DNA from: Tortispora ganteri
Lineage: Eukaryota
DNA: 64,000 bases
Reading direction: 5' to 3'
Assembly: GCA_003707115.1 (NCBI GenBank)
Contig: PPNB01000023.1
Span: 1 to 64,000 of the forward strand
Within the stretch, counting starts at the first letter, position 1. Each line of letters begins with the position of its first letter. Shown one piece after another: positions 32,315 through 43,346 of the stretch. The notes under the pieces are model-generated. The model did not search any database, was not told where the DNA came from, and saw nothing but the letters and a program-made list of their open reading frames with translations. Made by a program: the position numbers and the translations under genes.

Positions 32315-32663
32315 ATGTCTAATATACAACCTCTAGGACTTATTGACAGCGCCATTGGTACTGAGATCCGTGTGATAATGCGCAATTCTCGCGAGTTTGT
32401 AGGAACGCTAATCGGGTTTGACGATTTTGTCAGTAAGTATATTTCTCCGAGATAATACGGTAATATAGTTATTTTTGAAGTATATCTGTCTCTATTCACT
32501 ACATGTTTTGTCTCATCTGCTTGCATTTCTTTCATAAAACTCAGATTACTAACAACCAGACATTGTATTAGCGGATGCCACCGAATACGACGACAACCAG
32601 CCTAAATCAAAAAAGAACACCGTCCTCATCAACGGTAACAACATTTGTATGCTTAGTTTATGA
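32315..32663 (+). CDS. LSM5: Sm-like protein Lsm5; join(32315..32432,32560..32663)
   Basis: MSNIQPLGLIDSAIGTEIRVIMRNSREFVGTLIGFDDFVN-IVLADATEY...LINGNNICML; intron 32433-32559 (GTAAGT...TACTAAC.AAC.CAG); 73 aa. Not in the ORF track. Confidence 0.92.
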
Positions 32664-32783
32664 AATATAAATAAATGTCTTAGTACTTTTTTGTTCGACT
32701 GTCGCGTTTTAAAGCGCTATACAGCAAACCCACAATACTCGAATCCTTTTTATGAACCTAAACCTTACCACTATTCTGACGCC

Positions 32784-34316
32784 ATGCATCGTCCTCGGCC
32801 ACTGTTCGTAATAACAAAAGCCAACCATCGAATAAGACGCCTCTATTCAAGTATATCGCGCGATCTTGTATGCGGACTAGAAATTCACACCCAGTTGAAT
32901 ACGCGAAGGAAGTTGTTTGCGCCTTCCTCCTATTCGATGTCGGCTCCCCCGAACTCCACAATAGCGCCCTTCGACCTCGCGCTTCCAGGCACAGAACCGA
33001 TTCTGAATTACCAGGCTGTTTACCTGTCGCTGCTTGCTGCTACTGCTTTAAATTGCACAATTAACAGCCGTTCCACTTGGGACAGAAAGCATTACCTATA
33101 CGCAGACCAACCGGCAGGGTATCAAATAACGCAGCACTTTGCTCCTCTTGCAACCAACGGCAATCTCGTTTTGCCAGACGGTCAGTCGATACGTATATCT
33201 GAGATCCATATTGAGCAAGACACTGCTAAAACTACATATATGGATTCCTCGCATGCTAACTCCTACATAGATTTCAATCGATCGAATCATCCTCTCATCG
33301 AAATCGTCACGCAGCCTGACTTCACTACTCCCGAAGGTCCAGCTGCTTTCGTGCAATACTTGCAGCTTCTGTTCCGCCATCTTGGCGTTAGTACTGGTGA
33401 ACTAGAGTCAGGTGCTATGCGTGTAGACGTTAATGTCTCAGTCGGAGACAATCCTGTGCGCACTGAACTGAAGAATATATCAACATTAGCGGTAATGACC
33501 GCCGCCATAAAGGCCGAGTGGGCCCGACAGTGCGAAGAGCTCGACAACGACAAACAACTATATTTTGAAACCAGAGGTTTCAACGGTACGTCTACGTACA
33601 AGCTCCGAGACAAAGACACTCAGTCCGACTACAGGTACATGTCTGACCCCGAGCTCCCGCCATTGGTATTCTCCCCGAACATATCCGAACAGATCCGAAA
33701 ACAGCTCCCTGAATTACCTATTCAGGCTCTTGACCGTCTTCTCAATGCGGAGGATCATCAACTGAGAGAAAAAGATGCGCATACCCTCATCGCTTATCCT
33801 AGTCTCTTAACATATTATAACAAAGTCCACAAGGAAGTCGCTGAACGATTATCTTCGCAAAATATCGTCCCTTCTTCGCCAAGAATATGTGCCAATTGGA
33901 TATTAAACTCTTTATTGGGAATTATAACTGACCTCACTAACTCAGGTGCTTCAGAAGCGCACAGATACGTTACAGTGGAGCAAATGGCCGATTTAATCGT
34001 AAGTGTTGACATTAAAGAGCTGACCCCGACAGCCGGAAAGAAAGTATTGCGCAGCCTGGTCCAAAATCCTAGCGCGCAAGTATCTATAAAAGACCTGTCA
34101 AAAACATTGGACGTCATGGGCAGCGAGGACGACCACCACGAATTGGAGCTCTTGTGCAGAGAGGCTATAGCGAGCAACCCGGATAAAGCCAAGCTAGTCA
34201 GTAAAAAGCCAAATTTAGTGAATTTCTTCATTGGAGCTGTCATGAAAGCGACCAAAGGCAGAATTTCTGCAGAAAAAATCAAGGAAACATTGTTGCAAGA
34301 GTTTTCCAAGCGCTGA
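32784..34316 (+). CDS. PET112: Mitochondrial Glu-tRNA(Gln) amidotransferase subunit B
   Basis: CGLEIHTQL, WDRKHYLYADQPAGYQITQ, HIEQDTAK, MRVDVNVS and DYRYMSDPELPP. An Arg-rich presequence follows ATG 32784. Confidence 0.94.
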   Translation: MHRPRPLFVITKANHRIRRLYSSISRDLVCGLEIHTQLNTRRKLFAPSSYSMSAPPNSTIAPFDLALPGTEPILNYQAVYLSLLAATALNCTINSRSTWDRKHYLYADQPAGYQITQHFAPLATNGNLVLPDGQSIRISEIHIEQDTAKTTYMDSSHANSYIDFNRSNHPLIEIVTQPDFTTPEGPAAFVQYLQLLFRHLGVSTGELESGAMRVDVNVSVGDNPVRTELKNISTLAVMTAAIKAEWARQCEELDNDKQLYFETRGFNGTSTYKLRDKDTQSDYRYMSDPELPPLVFSPNISEQIRKQLPELPIQALDRLLNAEDHQLREKDAHTLIAYPSLLTYYNKVHKEVAERLSSQNIVPSSPRICANWILNSLLGIITDLTNSGASEAHRYVTVEQMADLIVSVDIKELTPTAGKKVLRSLVQNPSAQVSIKDLSKTLDVMGSEDDHHELELLCREAIASNPDKAKLVSKKPNLVNFFIGAVMKATKGRISAEKIKETLLQEFSKR

Positions 34317-34362
34317 AGCTGGAAAAATAGCAGTTTACCTTCTGTACATAACAACACACAGA

Positions 34363-35358
34363 CTAATCGGATGTGGTTGAAACCATTATCAATTGATTAT
34401 TGCAAAATAAAGTAAGCATTGATCCATCGTCCTTTACAGTAGGCATGTGGGGGTATAGTGTTTTAATAGGAGGAAGGATACGAACATTCTGCAGAATGTC
34501 AGTAGTATGAGCCAACTGTATATGCGTGAGAGTTCCCGTGTGGAATAAGGCTATGAAGTAGTCACCGAACGCACTGAATCGAGCTTGGAACACTGCGTTC
34601 TTTGTGTTTAAAGTTTCCTTGTCCCATAGGTCAGCTATGAGGTGCGGTTCTGTGTAAGCGCATCCGCCTGTCAGTTCCGCGAGTGTCCATATGAGCATAT
34701 TAGTTTTTGTAAGTGCCAGCAGCTTAGTGCCCGAAGGGTCTAGCGATATGTCTGTAATTTCAGTCTGCGGATCTTTGTGAACATAGTAGAACTGTTTTGG
34801 CGGGAAGGGATAAACATTAAATATGAACTGGAGCTGTTCCAGATCTATTATACGTATAGCGTTCTCGTTGAGGAACATTAGAAGACGGTCATCAGACTTT
34901 CCGAGAGCCGGTGAGCCTACGAACTTCAGGAAATCTCCAGTTCTATTAAGCGAAATTGTTCGCGGTATCTGGTCCTTAGTCCATATAGCAAGGATTCCAT
35001 CGCTACTAGTTGACGCTACGATTCCATGTTTAGACACAGCTAGGCTCTGAATGTGAGAGTGGTAAGCGGACCGGGATTCGAGGATTACGGGTTCAATCTG
35101 ATCAGAAGAAGTATCAAAATCTATAAGGGAGATTGTGCAGTCCGGGTGAGAAACTGCGAGGTAGCGCTGGTTTCTGCTGGCAGCAATGTGGATGGCAGGT
35201 TGACTGAGAGGGATAAAAGTAGGTTGAAAGTCAGCCTGTTTCCTGTAAACGGTGACACCATTATTGTGGCCACATATTAAATCATCAGATATCCATTCCA
35301 TGCAATGAAGATTAGATATATTAGTTTTTATATTGAAGGAATTGATGTTGTTGGCCAT
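34363..35358 (-). CDS. WD40 repeat protein, possibly nucleoporin Nup37-like
   Basis: HSHIQSLAVS...VASTSSDGILAIW WD repeat and a beta-strand pattern. The Nup37 resemblance is by eye only. Confidence 0.6.
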   Translation of the reverse strand: MANNINSFNIKTNISNLHCMEWISDDLICGHNNGVTVYRKQADFQPTFIPLSQPAIHIAASRNQRYLAVSHPDCTISLIDFDTSSDQIEPVILESRSAYHSHIQSLAVSKHGIVASTSSDGILAIWTKDQIPRTISLNRTGDFLKFVGSPALGKSDDRLLMFLNENAIRIIDLEQLQFIFNVYPFPPKQFYYVHKDPQTEITDISLDPSGTKLLALTKTNMLIWTLAELTGGCAYTEPHLIADLWDKETLNTKNAVFQARFSAFGDYFIALFHTGTLTHIQLAHTTDILQNVRILPPIKTLYPHMPTVKDDGSMLTLFCNNQLIMVSTTSD

Positions 35359-35445
35359 TGATTGTTGCGAAGTAGTCACAGTGGGAGAAGGAGAGTTTGT
35401 TTTGGTATGAGTGACAAGGACATGATAAGAAGAAACGATGCAATG

Positions 35446-36325
35446 TTAAAGCTTCGGATCAATGTACTCTACTATTGTAACTCCAAGAGCGGTTGCAGGC
35501 ACATTGTATGATAATCGCGAACCGAGGCCTTTAAATAGAGAACGAAACATGCCTTGTTCTTTGATGAGGTTTGTGAGTACATGCGATATACCCAAGCGAT
35601 CGTCAGGCCGCATCAAGAGGACTTCTTGTGAATTGGCAAGTTGTTGTCTAGTTTTTACGACGTCTAGAAAATTTGACACAGTGCATGCTGAGGTTGTCGC
35701 AATGCTCGAGGCAGCAATAATCTGCGGATTAGTTTTCTCCTGCTCTTGTCGGAGTAGCCGCTTTGACTCCTCATAGCTGACCCACCAGACTATAGTATGG
35801 GGCATGAACACTACCAGACCCATCCAGTAGCCTCTATAGAATCCCTGTAGTCCAGACTCATTATATATCTGTTTAATAATTGACATAGTTCCGAGCGACT
35901 TTTCCGAGTTTAAATTCATGATCTGCAGCCTTCCTTTTATGACTTCCATGGGGTTGTACAGGATCGAGCTGAAGATTTCAGCGGTAGCGCCTGCAGCGAA
36001 GTACGTTGGAACAGTCTTTTCACCGAGCACAGGTGCGAGCTCACTGCGAGCAGTCTTGTATATGTATAAATAGGTAGCATATGCCGGTATATTGAGACAT
36101 ATCGATGCTGTGAGTCCTCTATAGTACCTGTTAAGCGGGATCTTGGGTAGTTCCTTAGTGTTCGATGTTTGTTGTAGCGTCCGTACAGTGTCTAGCGGGT
36201 GGAACACTAGCCGTGTAGCTATAATACTTGCACTTAAATAGTTAGAATGCCTATTTTAATAATATTTGTGTGTATAAGTATTATATTACCTACCTTGCAG
36301 CCCATAATGTGGTAAGCGCATCCAT
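35446..36325 (-). CDS. Mitochondrial carrier (SLC25) protein; join complement(36294..36325,35446..36232)
   Basis: Carrier signatures HPLDTVRT, NPMEVIKGRLQ and NFLDVVKTRQQ. The intron 36233-36293 (GTAGGT...TCTAAC...AAG) restores MDALTTLWAASASIIATRLVFHP. Confidence 0.9.
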
Positions 36326-36881
36326 TGGTTTCCAAAAGAACGAAGTGTCGAAGATCTCGGAGCACAGAAGGGTAACGGGGCGTTCCCAGTGTTGCACCGT
36401 AAATCGATCGTTTAGACTTTCTCGATGGTATCATGTGACCTTGTTGCAAGAAATAAAAAAGAAAATTTCAATAATCATAATCAATAATAACAATTAAATG
36501 GCATATTGACAATAAGTAACTGTTTTATTCTGAATATTGGTGGTTTCGACTGCAAAACCTCATAGCAGCAGATCGAAGACTGTTCGTCATACAATCGGGT
36601 CAATCACACATATACTACAACACTCCATATTTCAATCCTCTGCTTATCCTGTAAACCCTTAAACCTCATAATCATTACATTTATATGTATATATGTTGCT
36701 TATTAACACATGTGAACTGTATTCACATACTAGTCGTAAAAGTTGAAATACTGCCCTATTTTGATTAGTACCATATGCTAAAGGAATAAGGTTCAATAAC
36801 CACATTTTGCGCTTTATAAGCTTTAGAGATCTTTGACATACAACAGAAAAAAAAAAAGAAAACCTTGTCTATACAGCAACT

Positions 36882-38279
36882 ATGTCTAAACCAGCAGAAA
36901 ACAAGTTATGGGGTGGTCGATTTACCGGATCGATTGATCCGCTGATGCAACTATACAACGACTCTCTCCCTTATGATAAGGTCATGTACCAGGCGGATGT
37001 TGAGGGAACTAAGGCATATACTTCTGCTACTGCCAAAGTCGGTATTCTCACCGCAGACGAAGTCAAAGAAATACACAGAGGTCTTGATATTATTGCTGAA
37101 GAATGGAAGAATGGCACATTCGAGATTCAGAAGAATGACGAGGACATTCATACGGCAAATGAACGCCGTTTGGGCGAGATTATCGGCAAGGATATCGCCG
37201 GCAAGGTCCACACTGGCAGGTCTAGAAACGATCAAGTAGCCACCGATATGCGTCTTTATGTGCGCAGTCAGCTGCATGAAATCCGTAGTCAGCTTTTAGC
37301 TCTCCTTAATGTCCTGGTTTCCCGTGCTAAAAGTGAAATTGATGTGCTTATGCCGGGATACACACATCTTCAGCGCGCGCAGCCTATCAGATGGTCACAT
37401 TTGCTTCTGTCCTATGCCACTTACCTCGCAGACGACCTGCAGCGCCTTGAAGAACTTCTTGTCAGGGTCAATCGGTCTCCTCTTGGTGCAGGCGCGCTTG
37501 CTGGAAACGCCTTTGCTGTCGACAGAGAGCAGATCGCTAAAGACCTTGGGTTTCAGTCAGTACTCCCGAACTCCTTGATGGCCGTAGGTGACCGAGACTT
37601 TGTTGTAGAAATTCTGTTCTGGGACAGTTTGATTATGAACCATATCTCTCGTTTATCTGAAGACTTCATTATCTACTCTTCAGCGGAGTTCGGGTTCTTG
37701 AAGCTTTCGGACGCCTATTCGACCGGCTCCAGTCTGATGCCCCAGAAGAAGAACTCAGACTCTTTGGAGCTCCTAAGAGGCAAATCTGGTCGTACATTTG
37801 GCCAACTTGCCGGTTTTATGATGACCCTCAAAGCTGTCCCCTCTACTTACGACAAAGATCTGCAAGAAGACAAAGAACCTATGTTTGATTCCCTGGTCAC
37901 TACCTCTCATTCTATACAGATAGCTACTGGTGTCATCTCGACCTTGGAGATCAACCAGAAGAAAATGCAACAAGCATTAACAATGGATATGCTTGCCACT
38001 GATCTGGCTGACTACCTTGTGAGAAAAGGAGTTCCTTTCCGCGAAACTCATCATATTTCAGGTGAAGCCGTTAGACTCGCTGAAGAGCTTAATTTGGACG
38101 GTATTCACCAACTCACAATGGACCAGTTTTTAGGAATAGACTCCAGATTTTCGCCTGATGTCATGGATATTTTTGATTTTGAACAATCCATCGAACGAAG
38201 ATGTTCTACGGGAGGTACTTCTCGATCTGCCGTTCTGGCTCAAATAGATGCTTTCGAAAAGCTTTTCGCCAAGTACTGA
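36882..38279 (+). CDS. ARG4: Argininosuccinate lyase
   Basis: [38 protein letters not shown] and [12 protein letters not shown]. Confidence 0.98.
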   Translation: MSKPAENKLWGGRFTGSIDPLMQLYNDSLPYDKVMYQADVEGTKAYTSATAKVGILTADEVKEIHRGLDIIAEEWKNGTFEIQKNDEDIHTANERRLGEIIGKDIAGKVHTGRSRNDQVATDMRLYVRSQLHEIRSQLLALLNVLVSRAKSEIDVLMPGYTHLQRAQPIRWSHLLLSYATYLADDLQRLEELLVRVNRSPLGAGALAGNAFAVDREQIAKDLGFQSVLPNSLMAVGDRDFVVEILFWDSLIMNHISRLSEDFIIYSSAEFGFLKLSDAYSTGSSLMPQKKNSDSLELLRGKSGRTFGQLAGFMMTLKAVPSTYDKDLQEDKEPMFDSLVTTSHSIQIATGVISTLEINQKKMQQALTMDMLATDLADYLVRKGVPFRETHHISGEAVRLAEELNLDGIHQLTMDQFLGIDSRFSPDVMDIFDFEQSIERRCSTGGTSRSAVLAQIDAFEKLFAKY

Positions 38280-38439
38280 TTATACTTGCCGATTCTTACT
38301 AGCCGGACCGTTTCTACACTAAATATAAATTATAATTATTTTGTATAAATTTACGAAAAATGTCCAGTCGGACGTGCTTCCATATATAGTACCAGCCCAC
38401 ATTTATGCAAGAAAGAAGAGAAAAGGGGGAAATGCAAAC

Positions 38440-39879
38440 TTATAAAGAATATTTACGGATTATCAGGTTAGCAACATTTCTAGCAGCTAGAGTAGAAGTC
38501 TCCATGGTGCTGATAAACTGTTCCATACCATTCAAGTACCACAAGCCGTTGCTGTCCAACACAAATGATTGGAAATGAGTTGTAGGATCTAATCGCGGAA
38601 AAGAGTCCCACTCTTTAGAGTAGTCCCAGTATATTTCTGTGCCTGAAGGGAAAATTTCGGAGTAAAAGTCTGGCTTCAAATTTCCTAGAGAGAAGATCTT
38701 GTATATGTATTGACAGCTTGAAGAAGTAGCGCAACGAGTCTGCACTAATGAGATCGTGAGAAACGGCAAATCTGTTGGAATAGTATCGGAGTCACAATTA
38801 ACAATAGATTCGGGAACATGAGTATCTGGTTTCAGTTCAAAGTATTTCGGGTCTAGTCTAGAAGAGGCCGAAACTATCGTAACGTGCATGTGCATATAAT
38901 ATACTGGCTGGATTTTGACGGAATCGCCAGATGATGAATGCACAGATATATTAGAAGAATAGAATGGGGTAGCAATAACAACTTGATCGAATGCTCTGAC
39001 CCCGTCGCTGGACTTCACAATCCAAGGGTCTTTGGGATCTGAGCCGGGCTGCACGGCGATGACAGGAGTATTGAGTAATAAGGCTGCAGAAGCGTTTCTG
39101 AGCATCTTGTCAAATATCTGCCAATTACCACCTTTCACCGAATAAGCTCCATCCGTGCTTAGCGACACGATTGCGGCGAGTCCTTGTATTTCGTCGATAT
39201 TTTGGAGGTAGTTGCCTCGAGTAGCGGCAAGGCCCAGTTCCTGTATGAACTTTGATCCGATCCCGAAGGATTCGAAAAGAGCCGCGCCATTTGACATTGT
39301 GTAATCCGTAAGACCTGCGGAATAAGCGGCATCTGTCAGATCGTAAAATGGTTGATTGTATAAGTCGAGAAATGACTCAATAGCCCTTTGGCGGTGTCGC
39401 TGAAAGCGGACTATATCAAAACCGTAGCGGTAAAGTAATCTGGCAATAGAGCCAATGTAAGATTCTGACCGCGATCGCTTGTAAACAAACGATCTACCGT
39501 TCCATATGCCAAAAGAGTCTGCTTTTATATTGTCTGACTCGCTGGTATGTTTATCTGAGCCATGTTTTATTAGGGAGAGATCAAAGAAGCGGGTCGCGTC
39601 TATTAGGTTTTTGTTTACCGGCACGAATAGCGAGGCTCCTATTTCGATTGGATAGCCCTGACCGTCATCAAAAGTCTCTACACGGCCACCAATATGGTCT
39701 GAGGACTCGTAAACAACTATATCGAAGCTATGATCGGACGAGTTCTGAAGATAGAATGCTGTAGCGGCGCCCCCAGCCCCTGCGCCGATGATCGCGATTC
39801 GTGGAGGATGCAGCGCTACAATGTCTTGCCTCGCCACTACCACCGCAGTCAAATAAAGTACTACGTATATCCAAACCAT
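38440..39879 (-). CDS. Prenylcysteine oxidase/lyase (FAD)
   Basis: Signal peptide, RIAIIGAGAGG FAD motif, IGGRV, IEIGASLFV.VNKNL, SVKGGNWQIF and LWYLNGMEQFISTMETSTLAARNVA. Confidence 0.9.
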   Translation of the reverse strand: MVWIYVVLYLTAVVVARQDIVALHPPRIAIIGAGAGGAATAFYLQNSSDHSFDIVVYESSDHIGGRVETFDDGQGYPIEIGASLFVPVNKNLIDATRFFDLSLIKHGSDKHTSESDNIKADSFGIWNGRSFVYKRSRSESYIGSIARLLYRYGFDIVRFQRHRQRAIESFLDLYNQPFYDLTDAAYSAGLTDYTMSNGAALFESFGIGSKFIQELGLAATRGNYLQNIDEIQGLAAIVSLSTDGAYSVKGGNWQIFDKMLRNASAALLLNTPVIAVQPGSDPKDPWIVKSSDGVRAFDQVVIATPFYSSNISVHSSSGDSVKIQPVYYMHMHVTIVSASSRLDPKYFELKPDTHVPESIVNCDSDTIPTDLPFLTISLVQTRCATSSSCQYIYKIFSLGNLKPDFYSEIFPSGTEIYWDYSKEWDSFPRLDPTTHFQSFVLDSNGLWYLNGMEQFISTMETSTLAARNVANLIIRKYSL

Positions 39880-40091
39880 GATATCGTTAAACGCAACAAA
39901 ATCACAACTACTGTTATGTATTTTATAGAGGATTCACAAAACGTCTTTCAGATCGGGTTCAAAGGAAAGGAAGGGGAAAGTTAGGGTAAATTAAGAGGGA
40001 AATTAAAAGGAAATTAAAAGGATCTGATTGGGAATGTCACAACCTCGTACCTTCCCTCATAAAGTAATAGCAACCTTAGCAGCCGGCTAAA

Positions 40092-40904
40092 ATGTGGATA
40101 AGGCTTGCAATCGTGGTCATAGTAGCGGCTCACGCAGTGAAGAAAGGTTCCTTGACATTAGATGGTGGAATTGCAGCATTTCTTGTAGGTTTAGTTCACG
40201 CAATGCACCCATGGTCGGGGTTCACCTGTACTCTACTGGCGTTCTACATCCCATCAACGGTCCTAACAAAAGTCAAGAAGGACTATAAAAGCAGTGTAAT
40301 CGAATCAGAACACAAACCGAGAAACTCAGTGCAAGTAATGGCTAATTCTCTTCCTGCGACGATCCTCATTTGTCTTCATTCTTTTGGCTTCAGTCCTTGC
40401 TACAACAACAGCGACAAGATCGCAGTCGCTGTAGTAGCCCAATACGCAGCCGCAGCCGCAGACACCTGGTCATCCGAACTGGGTGTGCTCAGCTCTACGC
40501 CCACCTGGCTCGTCACTAATTTCAGACAATGTCCAAAAGGCACAAACGGTGGAGTTTCAACACTCGGTCTGGTTGCTGGCCTCATAGGCAGCTACTTTGT
40601 CGTCTTGGTGTCGCTGATCTTCCTACCTGTATGTGCTCACATGTCCGGATCCGACTACATCTACCTGCTGGTCAAACTCACCCTTTTGGGCTTCTCTGGA
40701 ACCGTACTCGACTCGCTACTCGGAGCTACCCTACAACAATCTCTTGTTAACAAAGATGGAAAAGTTGTAGAGGATCCCAATGGTGCCAAACTAATAAAAA
40801 CTACAGCACTGAAATCAATTGCAGGCACCGACCTCCTTTCAAATAATCAGATCAACATCCTGACGGTATCCATTGTCACTGCGCTCGCCTACATTTTTCC
40901 CTGA
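40092..40904 (+). CDS. TMEM19/DUF92 integral membrane protein
   Basis: KKGSLTLDGGIAA, RNSVQVMANS, AADTWSSELG, GTNGGVS, DSLLGATLQ and LSNNQIN. Confidence 0.9.
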   Translation: MWIRLAIVVIVAAHAVKKGSLTLDGGIAAFLVGLVHAMHPWSGFTCTLLAFYIPSTVLTKVKKDYKSSVIESEHKPRNSVQVMANSLPATILICLHSFGFSPCYNNSDKIAVAVVAQYAAAAADTWSSELGVLSSTPTWLVTNFRQCPKGTNGGVSTLGLVAGLIGSYFVVLVSLIFLPVCAHMSGSDYIYLLVKLTLLGFSGTVLDSLLGATLQQSLVNKDGKVVEDPNGAKLIKTTALKSIAGTDLLSNNQINILTVSIVTALAYIFP

Positions 40905-41034
40905 CAACCAAAAAGTAAATTAATTCTCCCATCGCGGACACTCACTCTACATCACCTATACTATTCACCTCATCCACTTTAATCTAACTACTCACCCTCC
41001 CCCCTTGCTACTTCTACACGATACCCTCCCCTAA

Positions 41035-43200
41035 ATGATCGGTATCCACCACGTTAGAAGTCCTATTGGGTTGTTTGGCAAATTTGCAGGCTGTAGGTAC
41101 TACTCCCTGCTCGTCAAACCACCGGTAGCGTCAACCGCTATTGCCAAACTTTGCCGTCCCAGTGCGCTCGCCCGGCCCGCTTCCAGCATATTCTCTGTAA
41201 CATACCCGCGTTTTGCGTCCTCCTATTCTTCAAACCGCGCTAACGCTGACCTCGGCTCTAAAGAATCTCATGCTAATCGCCACAGAAGAGATCCTGAAAT
41301 ACAAGCGGCCTTTTACCGAGACCTCCTTGCCGCTAACTTCCCAAACGTCGTCGTGGCTCGCTATGAGTCCCCAGGCATAGCTGCCAACTCCGAATGTGAC
41401 CAACTATACATCAAAGCTTTGCGTATGTCCGGCTTTTCGGAGAGAGCCGCTCTTATGGAACAACGTTTAGCTGCGAACGAAACACTCTCTCCGAACGCAG
41501 ACCCAACAGCAGACATCAGCTCTTCTTCGAGCCCTCTCCGGTCGCTGTCAGGTCTCTTCAGCCGCTATAACGGATCGCAAACCGAACGTCGAACCGGAAA
41601 TAGATCAGATCCTATTCATGTAATTGTTCAGGAATCTAAATTTGCTGTCGTTGCCCGCTGGATTAGAATGCTTGTCGTCTTTTCCTTGATGTTCTACGCC
41701 CTCCTTATGGTCCTCGCCCTGTTAGCTGAGTCTTCCGGTGTATTTAAGGGCCCTCCTCAAGTCAACGAAGACTCAAATGTCCAGAATAAATCTACTGTTA
41801 AGTTCGATGATGTCAAAGGTTGTGATGAGGCTGTGGCGGAGCTAAGTGAAATTGTTGACTTCCTTCGTGACCCTTCGAAGTTTACAGCTCTTGGTGGGAA
41901 GCTACCTAAAGGTGTCTTACTCACTGGTCCGCCCGGTACAGGTAAAACAATGCTTGCTCGTGCTGTTGCAGGAGAAGCTGGGGTCCCCTTTTTCTTCATG
42001 AGCGGATCAGAATTTGACGAAATGTACGTCGGTGTAGGTGCCAGAAGAGTTCGAGACTTGTTCGCTGCCGCCAGAGCTAAAGCTCCAGCCATTGTATTCA
42101 TTGATGAACTGGATGCTGTAGGAGGTAAACGATCCTCGAAAGATCAGGCTTACATCAAGCAGACTCTAAATCAGCTTTTGGTCGATCTTGATGGCTTTTC
42201 GCAGACTAGCGGCGTCATATTCATTGCTGCTACTAACTTTCCTGAACTTCTCGACAAAGCTTTACTGAGGCCGGGTCGCTTTGATAAAATGGTGAATGTT
42301 GATCTTCCGGACGTGAGAGGTCGTTCTGCTATCCTGAAGCATTACCTCGGGGAAGTGGAAAGCGCTCCTAATATCGACCCTAGTATCATTGCCCGTGGCA
42401 CAACAGGAATGTCTGGTGCAGACTTGAAGAATCTAGTGAACCAAGCTGCTATCTATGCCTCGCAACTTAAAGCCCCATCTGTTCAAATGTCCCACCTTGA
42501 ATGGGCTAAAGATAAAATTCTTATGGGTGCCGAAAGGAAATCTATGGTTCTCACGGAAGAAGCTCGCAGAAACACCGCTTTCCATGAAGCCGGACATGCT
42601 ATTGCAGCGATGTACACCGAAGGTGCTACTTCCTTATACAAAGCCACTATTCTCCCTCGAGGAAGGGCTCTTGGTATCACCTTTCAGCTTCCGGAAATGG
42701 ATAAGTACGAGCAAACCAAAAAAGAGCTCCGCGCTAGGTTAGACGTTTGTATGGGTGGTAAAATTGCTGAAGAAGCTCTAAGAGGCCCTGATAATGTTAC
42801 TTCTGGTTGTTCCAGTGATTTGCAGCAGGCTACGGCAGTCGCTCGTGCTATGGTTCTTTCATTTGGTATGTCAGATGCTGTCGGACCAATACAGCTATCG
42901 GATGACTACAATGGATGGTCAGAAAATACGAAGATGCTCGCTGAGGCTGAGATCCGTAAACTGCTCACAGAATCTGAGCAGCGAGTTCGTGAACTTTTAA
43001 AAGACCGACTGACCGAGTTAAGAAGGCTTGCCAGTGCGCTTCTAGAATACGAAACTCTAGACCGTGTTGAGATTGAAAAAGTTGTTAAAGGCGAAAAAAT
43101 CAATAAAGCTCGAACAGTGTCTAACACAGTCATAAAATCAATTCCTGACTCTGTTAAGACTACTATACCAGGACTCCCTGCTGGTACTGAAGACTTATAA
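41035..43200 (+). CDS. YME1: Mitochondrial i-AAA protease Yme1
   Basis: Presequence, [42 protein letters not shown] zinc motif and TSGCSSDL. Confidence 0.96.
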   Translation: MIGIHHVRSPIGLFGKFAGCRYYSLLVKPPVASTAIAKLCRPSALARPASSIFSVTYPRFASSYSSNRANADLGSKESHANRHRRDPEIQAAFYRDLLAANFPNVVVARYESPGIAANSECDQLYIKALRMSGFSERAALMEQRLAANETLSPNADPTADISSSSSPLRSLSGLFSRYNGSQTERRTGNRSDPIHVIVQESKFAVVARWIRMLVVFSLMFYALLMVLALLAESSGVFKGPPQVNEDSNVQNKSTVKFDDVKGCDEAVAELSEIVDFLRDPSKFTALGGKLPKGVLLTGPPGTGKTMLARAVAGEAGVPFFFMSGSEFDEMYVGVGARRVRDLFAAARAKAPAIVFIDELDAVGGKRSSKDQAYIKQTLNQLLVDLDGFSQTSGVIFIAATNFPELLDKALLRPGRFDKMVNVDLPDVRGRSAILKHYLGEVESAPNIDPSIIARGTTGMSGADLKNLVNQAAIYASQLKAPSVQMSHLEWAKDKILMGAERKSMVLTEEARRNTAFHEAGHAIAAMYTEGATSLYKATILPRGRALGITFQLPEMDKYEQTKKELRARLDVCMGGKIAEEALRGPDNVTSGCSSDLQQATAVARAMVLSFGMSDAVGPIQLSDDYNGWSENTKMLAEAEIRKLLTESEQRVRELLKDRLTELRRLASALLEYETLDRVEIEKVVKGEKINKARTVSNTVIKSIPDSVKTTIPGLPAGTEDL

Positions 43201-43346
43201 ATAAGTCTTTTTATTGAGATACGACAACTTTTATTTTACGAGACTCCGATCAGCCTTTCTATGTGTATGTACCTTGTATTCAATAAGGCAATTTAATATC
43301 ATAAATCATTCATATTTTAGTTCATCTCAATTATGTGAGCGCACGC

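Noticed and set aside
36882..38279. CUG codon reassignment
   Set aside because: CTG falls at conserved Leu positions (DPLM and SSLMPQKK in Arg4), consistent with the standard code.
40902..40925. Read-through PTS1 after TMEM19 (TGA CAA...SKL)
   Set aside because: SKL is not followed by a stop codon.
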